From an uncultured candidate division Zixibacteria bacterium (lineage in GTDB: Bacteria > Zixibacteria > MSB-5A5 > UBA10806): a stretch of 64,000 nucleotides of DNA. Within the stretch, counting starts at the first letter, position 1. The number at the start of each line of letters is the position of its first letter. The stretch lies in contig CAWFQL010000016.1 of NCBI GenBank assembly GCA_963817915.1, positions 1 through 64,000 of the forward strand, written 5' to 3'. Below, in pieces: positions 10,314 through 19,108 of the stretch. Position numbers and translations under genes: made by a program. Under the pieces are notes generated by a model that saw nothing but the letters and a program-made list of their open reading frames with translations, was not told the DNA's origin and made no database searches.

Positions 10314-12393
10314 TGCCAGCTTGCCCTTTATTCTTAGCCATTAATGGAGATGTTCTGCCAAGAATTGATTCAACAACCAGAAGAATTAATGCAAGCAATA
10401 GAAATTCCTTCCAAAGCTCCTTACCAAATCTTGCCTGCCTGATAGTAGTTTTTAAATCCGAATCGGGCGATATTTCTTTGATATCGACTCCGAGCCGCTC
10501 GCCAATTTCCGAAACGGTAATAGTGCTGTTATCTGATTCAGAGGGATCGATATTAAATGCCAGAAGCGCTAAATCCTTATCATTATTTTTCAGCGTGTAG
10601 ATTCCAGGCTGGCCGTATTCAGTCAATTTTATCATAGTATTATTGCCTGAAGGTATGGACTGGAGATTTTCGATTTTATTATCCGGTGATACGATCGTCA
10701 GATTATCGGTAATATTGGCTGGAAGCTTCCACTGGGCAGTTTCGCCTATGATTCCATTGAAGCTGTCCTCGCTATTATGAGATCCGATATATTCAATACT
10801 TCTTGCCAGCAACGGGATATAAAATGAGTGGGTTGGCAATTCACCCGATTCAATATCGAATCCGCTCGAATAGACAATTAAGTGATTCTTAGTTGATTCG
10901 GCAAGAAGAGCCACGCCGGATGAACTTGAACCGATAATCTTGCCGCCATTGATTTGATGATAGTACGTAATTTTCAATTCGGGAATTACCGGCTTCGTGC
11001 GATCCTGATTATTTGGAGAATAAATCGAAAATATCGGATGCTCGTAATCGAATTTATCCCAATTAAGGAATTCACCATCCTTGCCGGAAAGCTGTCCGAT
11101 TGATATCCCTGCAATTTTTTGAAGAAATTTATTCCAATATATTTGATCCGATAATTTGCCAAGCGATAATAAAACCCCGCCGCCGCTATCGATAAATCTC
11201 TGAATTGAAGCTTCCTGCGAAGGATCGAGCGATTTTATATCTTGCAAAAGAAGTGCATTATAATCATTCAAATTATACCGTATAAGATCAGCGATGCTGG
11301 CTCCCTTATAAGAAATTTGCCCCGCCTCCGGCCGGTCCATTGCCATGGAAATATAACGGAGAGCTGCGACGTCTTGAGCTATGGCGAGGACACTGATTTT
11401 ATCGGGAATATGCACTGAAAAATATCGTCGATTATCTAAGGGGAAGCGATCATAATCAGTTTCAATATATCCGGAGTGGTCACCGGGTGAATCGAGCTTC
11501 AGGGTAAATCTGAGCTTTACCGGCTGGTTTGGCGGAAGAGCAATACTTGATTGCGCCTTGCGATCACCATCAACCACAACACCGACCAGCACATTTTCTA
11601 CAATTCCCTTTCCATAATTGGTTAATTGCGCTTCTATATCGAAATTCTCGCCGGGAATCAAAAGCTGCGAGGGCAATGAAACGTCTGTAATACCGATATT
11701 CTCACGGGTCGACATCTTTGGCGATATTGTAAATAAATGGATATTATTCCACGTCGACCGATTTAAAACATCCGGCGGCAAATTGTCCCACCCATTACTT
11801 TGGAAATCCGAGATTATATAAATTTCGCGGTTCAGGTCAATACTCTTACCGACTGTATTCAAAGCTGTTTTCAGCGCATCGCCGATATTTCCCTTTTGAT
11901 ATCCTAAATCGATTTTACCTAATTTTTGCTTTAGGGCATCGCTGGGATTCATGGGGCCGTAGGATATTAGCGAACCATCTCCGGGTGACGCGATAACCGT
12001 GATCTGATCGCCGGGGCTAAAGAAGCTTAATAGCTTTCCGGCAATCCTTTTGGCCTCGTCGAAGATTGTACCGGTCTCCCCCTCATTGTCCATCGAGCCG
12101 GATCGATCAATAATTACGGCGACCGACGACGACGACTTTGATGTCCCTACAAAACCTCGCAGTGTCGGCCTGGCAAATGCCATCACTATTAGAGCGATTA
12201 TCAGCATTCGAAGTATTAGCAATATCAGTTCTTTTATTTTGAGCCATTTCATGCGGCTCTTCTGCATCTGCTCCAGAAACCTCAACGACGAGAATTCGAT
12301 TGTCTTTATTCGTCTTTTTGAGAGAAAATGAATTATAAGCGGTATAGAAACCGCGGAAAGGGCAAAAAGAAGAGCCGAATTAAGAAATGTCAT
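10306..12393 (-). CDS. BatA-domain / VWA membrane protein
   Basis: N-terminal 'PLIIHFL..FSSLRFL..LILR....MAFARP', MIDAS motif 'DRSGSM', 'ISDFQ', C-terminal TM 'ELWKEFLLLALILLVVE'. Confidence 0.85.
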   Translation of the reverse strand: MTFLNSALLFALSAVSIPLIIHFLSKRRIKTIEFSSLRFLEQMQKSRMKWLKIKELILLILRMLIIALIVMAFARPTLRGFVGTSKSSSSVAVIIDRSGSMDNEGETGTIFDEAKRIAGKLLSFFSPGDQITVIASPGDGSLISYGPMNPSDALKQKLGKIDLGYQKGNIGDALKTALNTVGKSIDLNREIYIISDFQSNGWDNLPPDVLNRSTWNNIHLFTISPKMSTRENIGITDVSLPSQLLIPGENFDIEAQLTNYGKGIVENVLVGVVVDGDRKAQSSIALPPNQPVKLRFTLKLDSPGDHSGYIETDYDRFPLDNRRYFSVHIPDKISVLAIAQDVAALRYISMAMDRPEAGQISYKGASIADLIRYNLNDYNALLLQDIKSLDPSQEASIQRFIDSGGGVLLSLGKLSDQIYWNKFLQKIAGISIGQLSGKDGEFLNWDKFDYEHPIFSIYSPNNQDRTKPVIPELKITYYHQINGGKIIGSSSSGVALLAESTKNHLIVYSSGFDIESGELPTHSFYIPLLARSIEYIGSHNSEDSFNGIIGETAQWKLPANITDNLTIVSPDNKIENLQSIPSGNNTMIKLTEYGQPGIYTLKNNDKDLALLAFNIDPSESDNSTITVSEIGERLGVDIKEISPDSDLKTTIRQARFGKELWKEFLLLALILLVVESILGRTSPLMAKNKGQAGND

Positions 12394-12414
12394 TAAATTG
12401 CACCTATGTAAATA

Positions 12415-14268
12415 CTACTGCAGTTTTGAATAAGGGGCGGCAATATACTTCTTTGCCAGCCATTTTTGAAATTCACCGCCGGATATTCCTAGTACTTGAT
12501 TATAATATTCAAGAGCCTTATCCCTCTGAGAGCTCAAATCGCTTAATTTCCCCAACTCCAATAAAGTATAGCTCAAATAGAACGGTCGCTTTTCTAGAAA
12601 ATAGGAGACATCGAGATTTTCTTTGGCCTTATCAAATTGACCCAGCAGGGCGAGGGCACGGCCCGCCCAAAAATAATTGCGCGGTTCTGCTGGCACATTT
12701 TGCACTCGGTTTAAGGCTATATTTACCGCGCGGTGCAGAAGCGAATCCGATGGCAGTCCGCGGATTATATTTATCCTGGCGCTTTCTACTAAATACTCTA
12801 TTGAGCTTTTGACATTATCGCCTAAACCGCTCATAATTGTCGCCGCTGAATCTACCAATCCCCTGTCGAGCAATATCGACGCAAGATGAAATCCTGCGGG
12901 TGAGTAATGACCTTCATAATATGATTTATCATAATTGCCGTAGGCCTTTTCATATTTACCCTGGCAGATTTCCATATTAGCCATGAAATCGAGATGCTCG
13001 GGATTATGCTTGAATTTGCCGTACATTTTGCTAAATGTATTCTCGGCCGCAATGAAATCTCCGGTCCAAAATTGACAGGTCGCGAGATATCGATAATTTC
13101 TTTCAGTATCAGAACCGTTTACAGTCACTAATTGAGAATAATACCATTCCGCTCTGTTTAGATCATTTTGATCAAAGTATAACTGTCCGTAATATCCCAA
13201 TTCGGCGTCGGTAGATTTATATTTTTTGCAATACGAAAAGAAATCTTTCATGGCAGTCGCGATGCTCAGGCCATATACTGTTTGAAATTTCGCCTGATAG
13301 TCGAGAGCGGTCGATTGTCTGTAAAGATTCGAAAAGCTTGACGGGCTGGAGTAATCCAAAATCCAGTGAGCAAAGGCGCCGCAGAAGATTCTTCCGGTAT
13401 CGCTATCCACCCAGGATTCGTCGCCTAACCGATAAACAATATCTTCAATTTTAAGATTCTTAAAAAATTGATTTAATCTTACTTGATTATCAAAGTAATA
13501 GCCCGCAAAGCCTGTCACCATCCATCTGGGCCCGTACCCCCAGAGCTTATACATAAGAAGCTCTGCTCCGGGGCGAGGATCGGCGACATCGATCGTATGA
13601 GAATATATCATATTGATTTTCATGGTTTGTGGAATAATCGAGTAATGCAATCGTGGATCGATATAGGGATAGGAGATCGTCTCCGGATGAAAATACAAAT
13701 CTATTTTTTCGGACGATGATAACTGAAAACTGCCGCGATATTTATTGTAAATATCTTCCATATAACTCATCCGGCTATCCATCGTAAAATCGGCGAGCGA
13801 ATTTCTAATCCAATGAGTCATGTAATGAATTGTGGGCGCTGATTGCCAGGCCGACGAATCGCTCGACGGCGGTTCGTTAACGATAATCTGAGTAGTGTCA
13901 TCAAGAAGCCTGATCGAATACGAGGCGAATACGTTTCCTTTAACGGGCGCGGGCGGAAGAGATGATGGCTGAGTTCGCGATAGAAAAATATTATGCTGAT
14001 AATTGTGAAAATCGGGTCCGAGCCCAATCAAATTGACTGCAAGACTATAGATTCCGGTTGAATCTTGACTGGCATTAAGTCTTAATGTATAGGGACCGGC
14101 GAATATGTCTTCATTTTGCTCTAAAGGTACAATAATGCTGGCATTGAAAATGGGAACAACACTCAACTCTTTCAATTGGCAGTTTATTTCCAATCTTAAT
14201 ACTTTCGCCTGCAATGATATCGTCAAAAATAATACAATTATCGCGCCTGCCGCCAATCGCTTCTTCAT
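12415..14268 (-). CDS. Secreted TPR-containing hypothetical protein
   Basis: Signal peptide; TPR-like helical repeats in the C-terminal half. Confidence 0.65.
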   Translation of the reverse strand: MKKRLAAGAIIVLFLTISLQAKVLRLEINCQLKELSVVPIFNASIIVPLEQNEDIFAGPYTLRLNASQDSTGIYSLAVNLIGLGPDFHNYQHNIFLSRTQPSSLPPAPVKGNVFASYSIRLLDDTTQIIVNEPPSSDSSAWQSAPTIHYMTHWIRNSLADFTMDSRMSYMEDIYNKYRGSFQLSSSEKIDLYFHPETISYPYIDPRLHYSIIPQTMKINMIYSHTIDVADPRPGAELLMYKLWGYGPRWMVTGFAGYYFDNQVRLNQFFKNLKIEDIVYRLGDESWVDSDTGRIFCGAFAHWILDYSSPSSFSNLYRQSTALDYQAKFQTVYGLSIATAMKDFFSYCKKYKSTDAELGYYGQLYFDQNDLNRAEWYYSQLVTVNGSDTERNYRYLATCQFWTGDFIAAENTFSKMYGKFKHNPEHLDFMANMEICQGKYEKAYGNYDKSYYEGHYSPAGFHLASILLDRGLVDSAATIMSGLGDNVKSSIEYLVESARINIIRGLPSDSLLHRAVNIALNRVQNVPAEPRNYFWAGRALALLGQFDKAKENLDVSYFLEKRPFYLSYTLLELGKLSDLSSQRDKALEYYNQVLGISGGEFQKWLAKKYIAAPYSKLQ

Positions 14269-15110
14269 TTCGCCATCCTTCGCAAAATATCGAGATTTAC
14301 TTTATCCATCATGCCGTCATCGCCCTTCGGGGTTTCGAGCAATTTAGGGATATGTTCAAATCGTTTGTCTTTCATTAAAAAGCCAAATGGTTTTTTGCCG
14401 ATTTCACCCTGCCCGATATGTTCATGACGGTCAACTTTCGAACCAAGCCCTTTCTTGGAATCATTGACATGAATCACCGCCAAACGGTTCAGACCTATTA
14501 TACGATCGAATTCCGATATCGTTTTATCATAAGATTCCTGGGTACTTATGTCATAGCCCGCGGCAAAGACATGACAGGTATCAAGACAGACAGCCAATCG
14601 ATCGGGAAATGACGATAGACTGATCATGGATTCTATCTGCTCAAATTTATATCCCAGATTGGAGCCTTGTCCAGCGGTTGTTTCCAGGGCGATTTTGACT
14701 TTATAGCCGTCAGTTCTCTCGCAGAGCCAGTTAATTGATTCCGCGATTCTCTTGATTCCCCATTCCTCCCCCTGGCCCACATGACTACCCGGATGAGTCA
14801 CCAAAAATGGGATTTTGAATTTCTCGCATCGTTCCAGTTCTATTAGAAATGCCTGCCGGGATTTATTTATTAACGCGGCATCCGGGGAACTGAGATTAAT
14901 AAGATATGAATCATGCGCGATAACCGGCTTAATTTTGGTTCTGGTCTGCTCGGAATGGTATTTCTCCAATTCCTCATCTGAAAGCTCTTTGGCCTTCCAT
15001 TGATTTGAGGACTTTGTAAAAATCTGAATAGCAGTGCATCCAAACTTTTCTCCCTCAGCGAAGGCGTTGAACGCTCCACCAGATATCGACATATGTGCCC
15101 CTAAAAGCAT
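14265..15110 (-). CDS. nfo: Endonuclease IV
   Basis: 'GAHMSI', 'HDSYLINL', 'HPGSH', 'LETTAGQG', 'CLDTCH', 'HVNDSK', 'DRHEHIG', 'LETP'. Confidence 0.96.
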   Translation of the reverse strand: MLLGAHMSISGGAFNAFAEGEKFGCTAIQIFTKSSNQWKAKELSDEELEKYHSEQTRTKIKPVIAHDSYLINLSSPDAALINKSRQAFLIELERCEKFKIPFLVTHPGSHVGQGEEWGIKRIAESINWLCERTDGYKVKIALETTAGQGSNLGYKFEQIESMISLSSFPDRLAVCLDTCHVFAAGYDISTQESYDKTISEFDRIIGLNRLAVIHVNDSKKGLGSKVDRHEHIGQGEIGKKPFGFLMKDKRFEHIPKLLETPKGDDGMMDKVNLDILRRMAK

Positions 15111-15231
15111 TTTATTCTCCCTTCATCAAATGCCATAAGACTAAGACACATGGATGGCAAGATAACGATTAGAATACGCAATTCAAGAAAAATAAGGACT
15201 TCAGTTTCGAGCCCGATCACCCCTTTAATCG

Positions 15232-15266
15232 AAAAACGGCGCGGCGAACAAATCCGCCGCGCCGTT
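15232..15266 (-). terminator. Rho-independent terminator after the cupredoxin gene at 15288-15779
   Basis: AACGGCGCGGCG/CGCCGCGCCGTT 12-bp stem with a T run on the minus strand. Confidence 0.7.
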
Positions 15267-15287
15267 ATAATTAGCATCTTCATTCTT

Positions 15288-15779
15288 CTATTGAACAGTT
15301 ACAGCGCCGTGCATTGTAGAATGTATAGCGCAATGATAATCAAAGACCCCGGCCGTCGCAAAAACATGCCGATAGGTCATTCCGGGCGCGATACCGCCGC
15401 TATTCAATTCAGCACCGGTATTCGAGGTTACCGTATGAGTGATGGTGTCGTTATTGGTCCAAACCACTGTATCTCCGTGTGCGACAGAAACACCGGCTGG
15501 GGAGAACGCGAAATATGCTACACTGACTGAATAAGAGTGAGCGGTACTTCCGCCACCACCACCACCTCCATTGCCGCCACCCGGGGGAGGCGGAGGAGGA
15601 TTATTATTATAGGGGCTGGTAGAATTGCTTTTACCTCCGCAGGCCATGGCGATAACCAGGCTTAAAATCGCGACAAATGATATTGCCGCTATCGTTCTGA
15701 ATGCCCTACCTTTTAACATTTTCTTCTCCTTCATATTGCTGTCTTTTTTTACCATTCTGATATTGAAACTCATTTTCAA
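15288..15779 (-). CDS. Plastocyanin/amicyanin-like cupredoxin lipoprotein; start probably ~15718-15733
   Basis: Lipobox 'AMAC', Pro/Gly linker, type-1 Cu ligands in 'HTVTS' and 'YHCAIHSTMHG'. Confidence 0.85.
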   Translation of the reverse strand: MKMSFNIRMVKKDSNMKEKKMLKGRAFRTIAAISFVAILSLVIAMACGGKSNSTSPYNNNPPPPPPGGGNGGGGGGGSTAHSYSVSVAYFAFSPAGVSVAHGDTVVWTNNDTITHTVTSNTGAELNSGGIAPGMTYRHVFATAGVFDYHCAIHSTMHGAVTVQ

Positions 15780-15869
15780 TATGTCCTGTTCCGACTATTC
15801 TTTATGTCAAAGGCAATAAACTCAATTCTGTGTTAAATGACCGGTGAATTGGCCTGGTAACCTGACGGC

Positions 15870-15903
15870 AAAAAAAATACGCAGGAGCTTTATCGCTCCT
15901 GCG
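15870..15903 (-). terminator. Rho-independent terminator between the two cupredoxin genes
   Basis: CGCAGGAGC/GCTCCTGCG stem followed by a T8 run on the minus strand. Confidence 0.75.
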
Positions 15904-15939
15904 CCCTGATTTCCATGAAGGAGGTTTTAAGTGTAATTA

Positions 15940-16308
15940 TTAAGGCACTATCACCACACCATGCATGGAAGTGTGAATTGTGCAATGATATGTATATGTC
16001 CCTGCGCTCATGAATATATGCTCAAAAGATGACCCCTGCCCTATTACCGGGCTCTGGAGTTCGGTGCCGGCGTCTGATGTTACGGTATGCCCCGCGCTGT
16101 CATTATTACGCCAGGTTACCGTATCTCCCACTGCCACAGTATCGATTGCCGGCGAGAACGCGAAATTGGTGATATTAACAAGATGGGTTGGAGGAGGCGT
16201 AGATACTGAATTTGTCGATTTATTCTTGCTGCATCCCTGAAACGCTATAATGCCGACTATCGTCATGATTCCTAAAATCCCGTAAATTCTGATTTTTCTC
16301 GATGTCAT
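15940..16308 (-). CDS. Plastocyanin/amicyanin-like cupredoxin lipoprotein (paralogue)
   Basis: Lipobox 'FQGC', 'HTVTSD', 'YHCTIHTSMHG'. Confidence 0.87.
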   Translation of the reverse strand: MTSRKIRIYGILGIMTIVGIIAFQGCSKNKSTNSVSTPPPTHLVNITNFAFSPAIDTVAVGDTVTWRNNDSAGHTVTSDAGTELQSPVIGQGSSFEHIFMSAGTYTYHCTIHTSMHGVVIVP

Positions 16309-16350
16309 TTTTATACTCCTATGCCCGAACCTGAATCCCTTTTAGACTTA

Positions 16351-16378
16351 TATACCCGATTTCAGATGCAGAGGTTCC
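16351..16378 (-). promoter_or_regulatory. Possible ECF-sigma promoter of the cupredoxin gene
   Basis: GGAACC-N16-GGTATA on the minus strand. Confidence 0.35.
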
Positions 16379-16449
16379 GCCTCTTCAAAGAATTTAGACC
16401 CGGAATTATGAGTTGATCATGTGCGATTTTGGGGGCATTTGTTGGCCAT

Positions 16450-16479
16450 AAAAAAACCCTGCCTATATTAGGCAGGGTT
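16450..16479 (-). terminator. Rho-independent terminator closing the ncRNA candidate
   Basis: AACCCTGCCTA/TAGGCAGGGTT stem ending in a T7 run on the minus strand. Confidence 0.8.
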
Positions 16480-16487
16480 CATATTTA

Positions 16488-16669
16488 GGCCGGCAGAGGG
16501 AATTTGAAAATACACACTCTTTTTAGCTACGATAAAGGATTTTAATGCCACCGAATCTATTCTTGCATTCGCTCGCCTCGGAACCCGAGGGTCGTGGCGT
16601 GAGCTCAAGGCCCGGGTGCGTCCTTCATTGGAAAAGTGTTAGGTTTTCAAATTTGCCTCCGACCGGCAC
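16488..16669 (-). ncRNA. ~180-nt highly structured non-coding RNA (6S-like size, family unassigned)
   Basis: The ends pair in a long interrupted helix containing G-U pairs that work only on the minus strand; internal hairpins; upstream TTGCTT-N16-TACCTT promoter; downstream terminator; no ORF in the track. Confidence 0.6.
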
Positions 16670-16809
16670 GCTTTAAAGGTAATTCGTGATGTCAAAAAAG
16701 CAAGTTAATTCATTATTAATATCGGCAGGAATTGACCCACTTTAATCTATAAAAAAATATAAATTTGCTTAGTTGTCTCAAGTGCCAGCGGCTTTTCGCG
16801 ATATATTTC

Positions 16810-16838
16810 TTGACAAAATCGCCTTGGTTCGCTATATT
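16810..16838 (+). promoter_or_regulatory. Sigma70-type promoter
   Basis: TTGACA-N17-TATATT, 50 bp upstream of ATG 16889. Confidence 0.7.
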
Positions 16839-16888
16839 ATTATCGTTAAGTAAATTTATAAAGCGCATTGCCTGAAAGGGGTGTGCTA

Positions 16889-18325
16889 ATGAAAAAACTG
16901 ATAATCTTTATTTTAATCACCATATTTAATGCTCTTCCTGCGTTTTCCCGCATCATAAATATCCCTGCCGATTATTCTACTATCCAATCCGGCATCAATG
17001 CCAGCTTGAGCGGGGATACCGTGCTCGTGGCTCCGGGGGTATATAATGAAAGTCTAGGCCCAGATGGCAGGAATATTTTATTGACCAGTAGCCAGGGACC
17101 CGAAACGACTTTTGTAAGAGGGGGCATTGGAATTGGAAACGGTGAGGATTCTACGTGTATTATTCGGGGATTTACATTTATAGGAACCTCAAATGACCCA
17201 TGGTTTGGTTATGGGCCGGTAGTGGGAATTACAGGTATCTCTACATTTCCGAAGGTCGAAGGCAATATCATAAGAGATAATGTTTGTCAGGGGACAATTG
17301 GGTCAGGCGTGGGATTTTATAATAGCAATGGGATATTTCGCCATAATATTGTGGAAAACAATTGGGGCGGGTATCAGGCTGGAGGGATTTTTGCATGGCA
17401 GTATCGCAATATTGAAATTTCGTATAACGTAATAAGAAACAATTTCAGTGGATTTACGGGGTTTGACGCCACAGGTGGAGCGGGGATTTATGTATTCGGA
17501 GGGAGAATCTTCAATAATATGATATATCGCAACGCCGTTGATGCTGGATGCGGTCAAATCCCGGCAGGGGCAGGAATACTTGCACATTCTCGTTATCGTG
17601 ATGCAACGCCAACTTATATCTATAATAACACAATAGCTCGAAATCGCGCATATTGTAATGGTAACCCCGGGTATGGCGCTGGCATTTATGTCACAAGTTG
17701 GATAGAACCAATGGAAAGTTTTATTATAGAAAACAACATTATTGCATTCAATATTCATGGCGGCCTTGAAGCCCCTGCAGGGATTGAAGTCGAATACAAT
17801 CTTCTTTATGGCAATACGGATTATGATCTTCGAATTCCTGATACTAGTGAAACCAATATTTTTGCTAATCCTCTATTCGCGGACACTGCAAATAATGATT
17901 ATCATCTTTTACCTGGCTCACCGGCAATTGATGCCGGCGACCCATCGTATCCTCTCGATCCCGATTCCACTCGGGTAGATATAGGTGCTTTATTTTACGA
18001 TCAAAGCACCGACATCGTCGATGATAATAGGCCAACGGGCCCCTATTCATTCGAGCTCAAGCAAAATTATCCCAATCCATTCAACGCACAAACAAGAATT
18101 TCATATAATCTAAACAAGAACTCAATTATAAATCTCACAATATTTGATATCACTGGCCGGATAGTTAAGCGGCTGGCAAAATCTGAATCCCAATCACCGG
18201 GCCAGCATTCTTATCTATGGGAGGGTAAAGATTCTAGCGGAAAATCGGTATCGACTGCGATCTATTTTTATGAACTGGAGGTGGATAGCCAAATACAAGT
18301 GAAAAGCATGATAATGATAAAATAA
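16889..18325 (+). CDS. Secreted right-handed parallel beta-helix protein with a T9SS-A/FlgD-Ig-like C-terminal domain
   Basis: Signal peptide, 'IPADYSTIQ..GDTVLVAPGVY', Asn-ladder repeats, 'SPAIDAGDP', 'QNYPNPFNAQT'. Confidence 0.8.
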   Translation: MKKLIIFILITIFNALPAFSRIINIPADYSTIQSGINASLSGDTVLVAPGVYNESLGPDGRNILLTSSQGPETTFVRGGIGIGNGEDSTCIIRGFTFIGTSNDPWFGYGPVVGITGISTFPKVEGNIIRDNVCQGTIGSGVGFYNSNGIFRHNIVENNWGGYQAGGIFAWQYRNIEISYNVIRNNFSGFTGFDATGGAGIYVFGGRIFNNMIYRNAVDAGCGQIPAGAGILAHSRYRDATPTYIYNNTIARNRAYCNGNPGYGAGIYVTSWIEPMESFIIENNIIAFNIHGGLEAPAGIEVEYNLLYGNTDYDLRIPDTSETNIFANPLFADTANNDYHLLPGSPAIDAGDPSYPLDPDSTRVDIGALFYDQSTDIVDDNRPTGPYSFELKQNYPNPFNAQTRISYNLNKNSIINLTIFDITGRIVKRLAKSESQSPGQHSYLWEGKDSSGKSVSTAIYFYELEVDSQIQVKSMIMIK

Positions 18326-18346
18326 AAAATCATTTAAGGAGGGGAA

Positions 18347-19099
18347 ATGAAAAATATGTATCCTCATGCTATCTTAATTTGCGCTATCTTAGCGCTGGCC
18401 AATTCTCCAATAACCTACGCATACGATTATTATAAAAATACTCAGGAAATGAGCCATCTGGATCGTCAAATTACGGGAAAAGGCAAATATATTGCCAGTT
18501 GGTTCGATCCTGATAGCTGCAATTATTTCGCATTAATAGCTTCGGCAGATAGCGGGTTAACTATTATAAAGACTACCGATCCTGAAAATCCAATAAAAAT
18601 TGCAAGAATACCTATGGACAATGGTGCTGATGTGAAGGTAATTGGCAATTACGCTTACGCGTCTGAGTGGGGCTGGGGTGGGCTAAATCCCACTAAGCTA
18701 TTTTATATCATCCCACTTATTCCGACATATCCTTATTTTAACACATTAAATATTGTTACTATTCCTTTTTCAGATACGGCTACGACAGAAGTTGGATCGC
18801 TTTGTGATACGATACCAATTCATGGTCTGCATACAATGTATGCCAAAGATAATTACATTTGTTTAACAGAGGATGGAGATAGAGATCTAAATTCGGAAAT
18901 TGCCGTTTTAGATGTTTCGGCGAATCCTCTGGCCCCGATACTTGCAGGCCTGATAGATACAACCGGCATCAGCGATACCCTATATTCGGGGGCTCATTCG
19001 GTTAGTATTCTTGGCGATACAATGTACGTATCTCAATGGATGCACGGCGAATATAAGCTTGTGTCTGATCCGGGGGATAATTTCCGGATTTTGTCATGA
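18347..19099 (+). CDS. N-terminal part of a secreted LVIVD-repeat protein; ends at an in-frame TGA
   Basis: Signal peptide, 'GLTIIKTTDPENP', 'GNYAYAS', 'VLDVSANPLAP'; same frame as the ORF at 19109. Confidence 0.65.
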   Translation: MKNMYPHAILICAILALANSPITYAYDYYKNTQEMSHLDRQITGKGKYIASWFDPDSCNYFALIASADSGLTIIKTTDPENPIKIARIPMDNGADVKVIGNYAYASEWGWGGLNPTKLFYIIPLIPTYPYFNTLNIVTIPFSDTATTEVGSLCDTIPIHGLHTMYAKDNYICLTEDGDRDLNSEIAVLDVSANPLAPILAGLIDTTGISDTLYSGAHSVSILGDTMYVSQWMHGEYKLVSDPGDNFRILS

Positions 19100-19108
19100 G
19101 GTAAGATC

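Noticed and set aside
15548..15610. Low-complexity CCA/GGA repeats
   Set aside because: They encode the Pro/Gly linker of the cupredoxin, not a separate repeat element.
16488..16510. tRNA 3'-end-like sequence TTCAAATTCCCTCTGCCGGCC (minus strand), a possible tRNA or att site
   Set aside because: No cloverleaf or CCA can be built; the segment instead pairs with 16644-16667 as the closing helix of a larger RNA.
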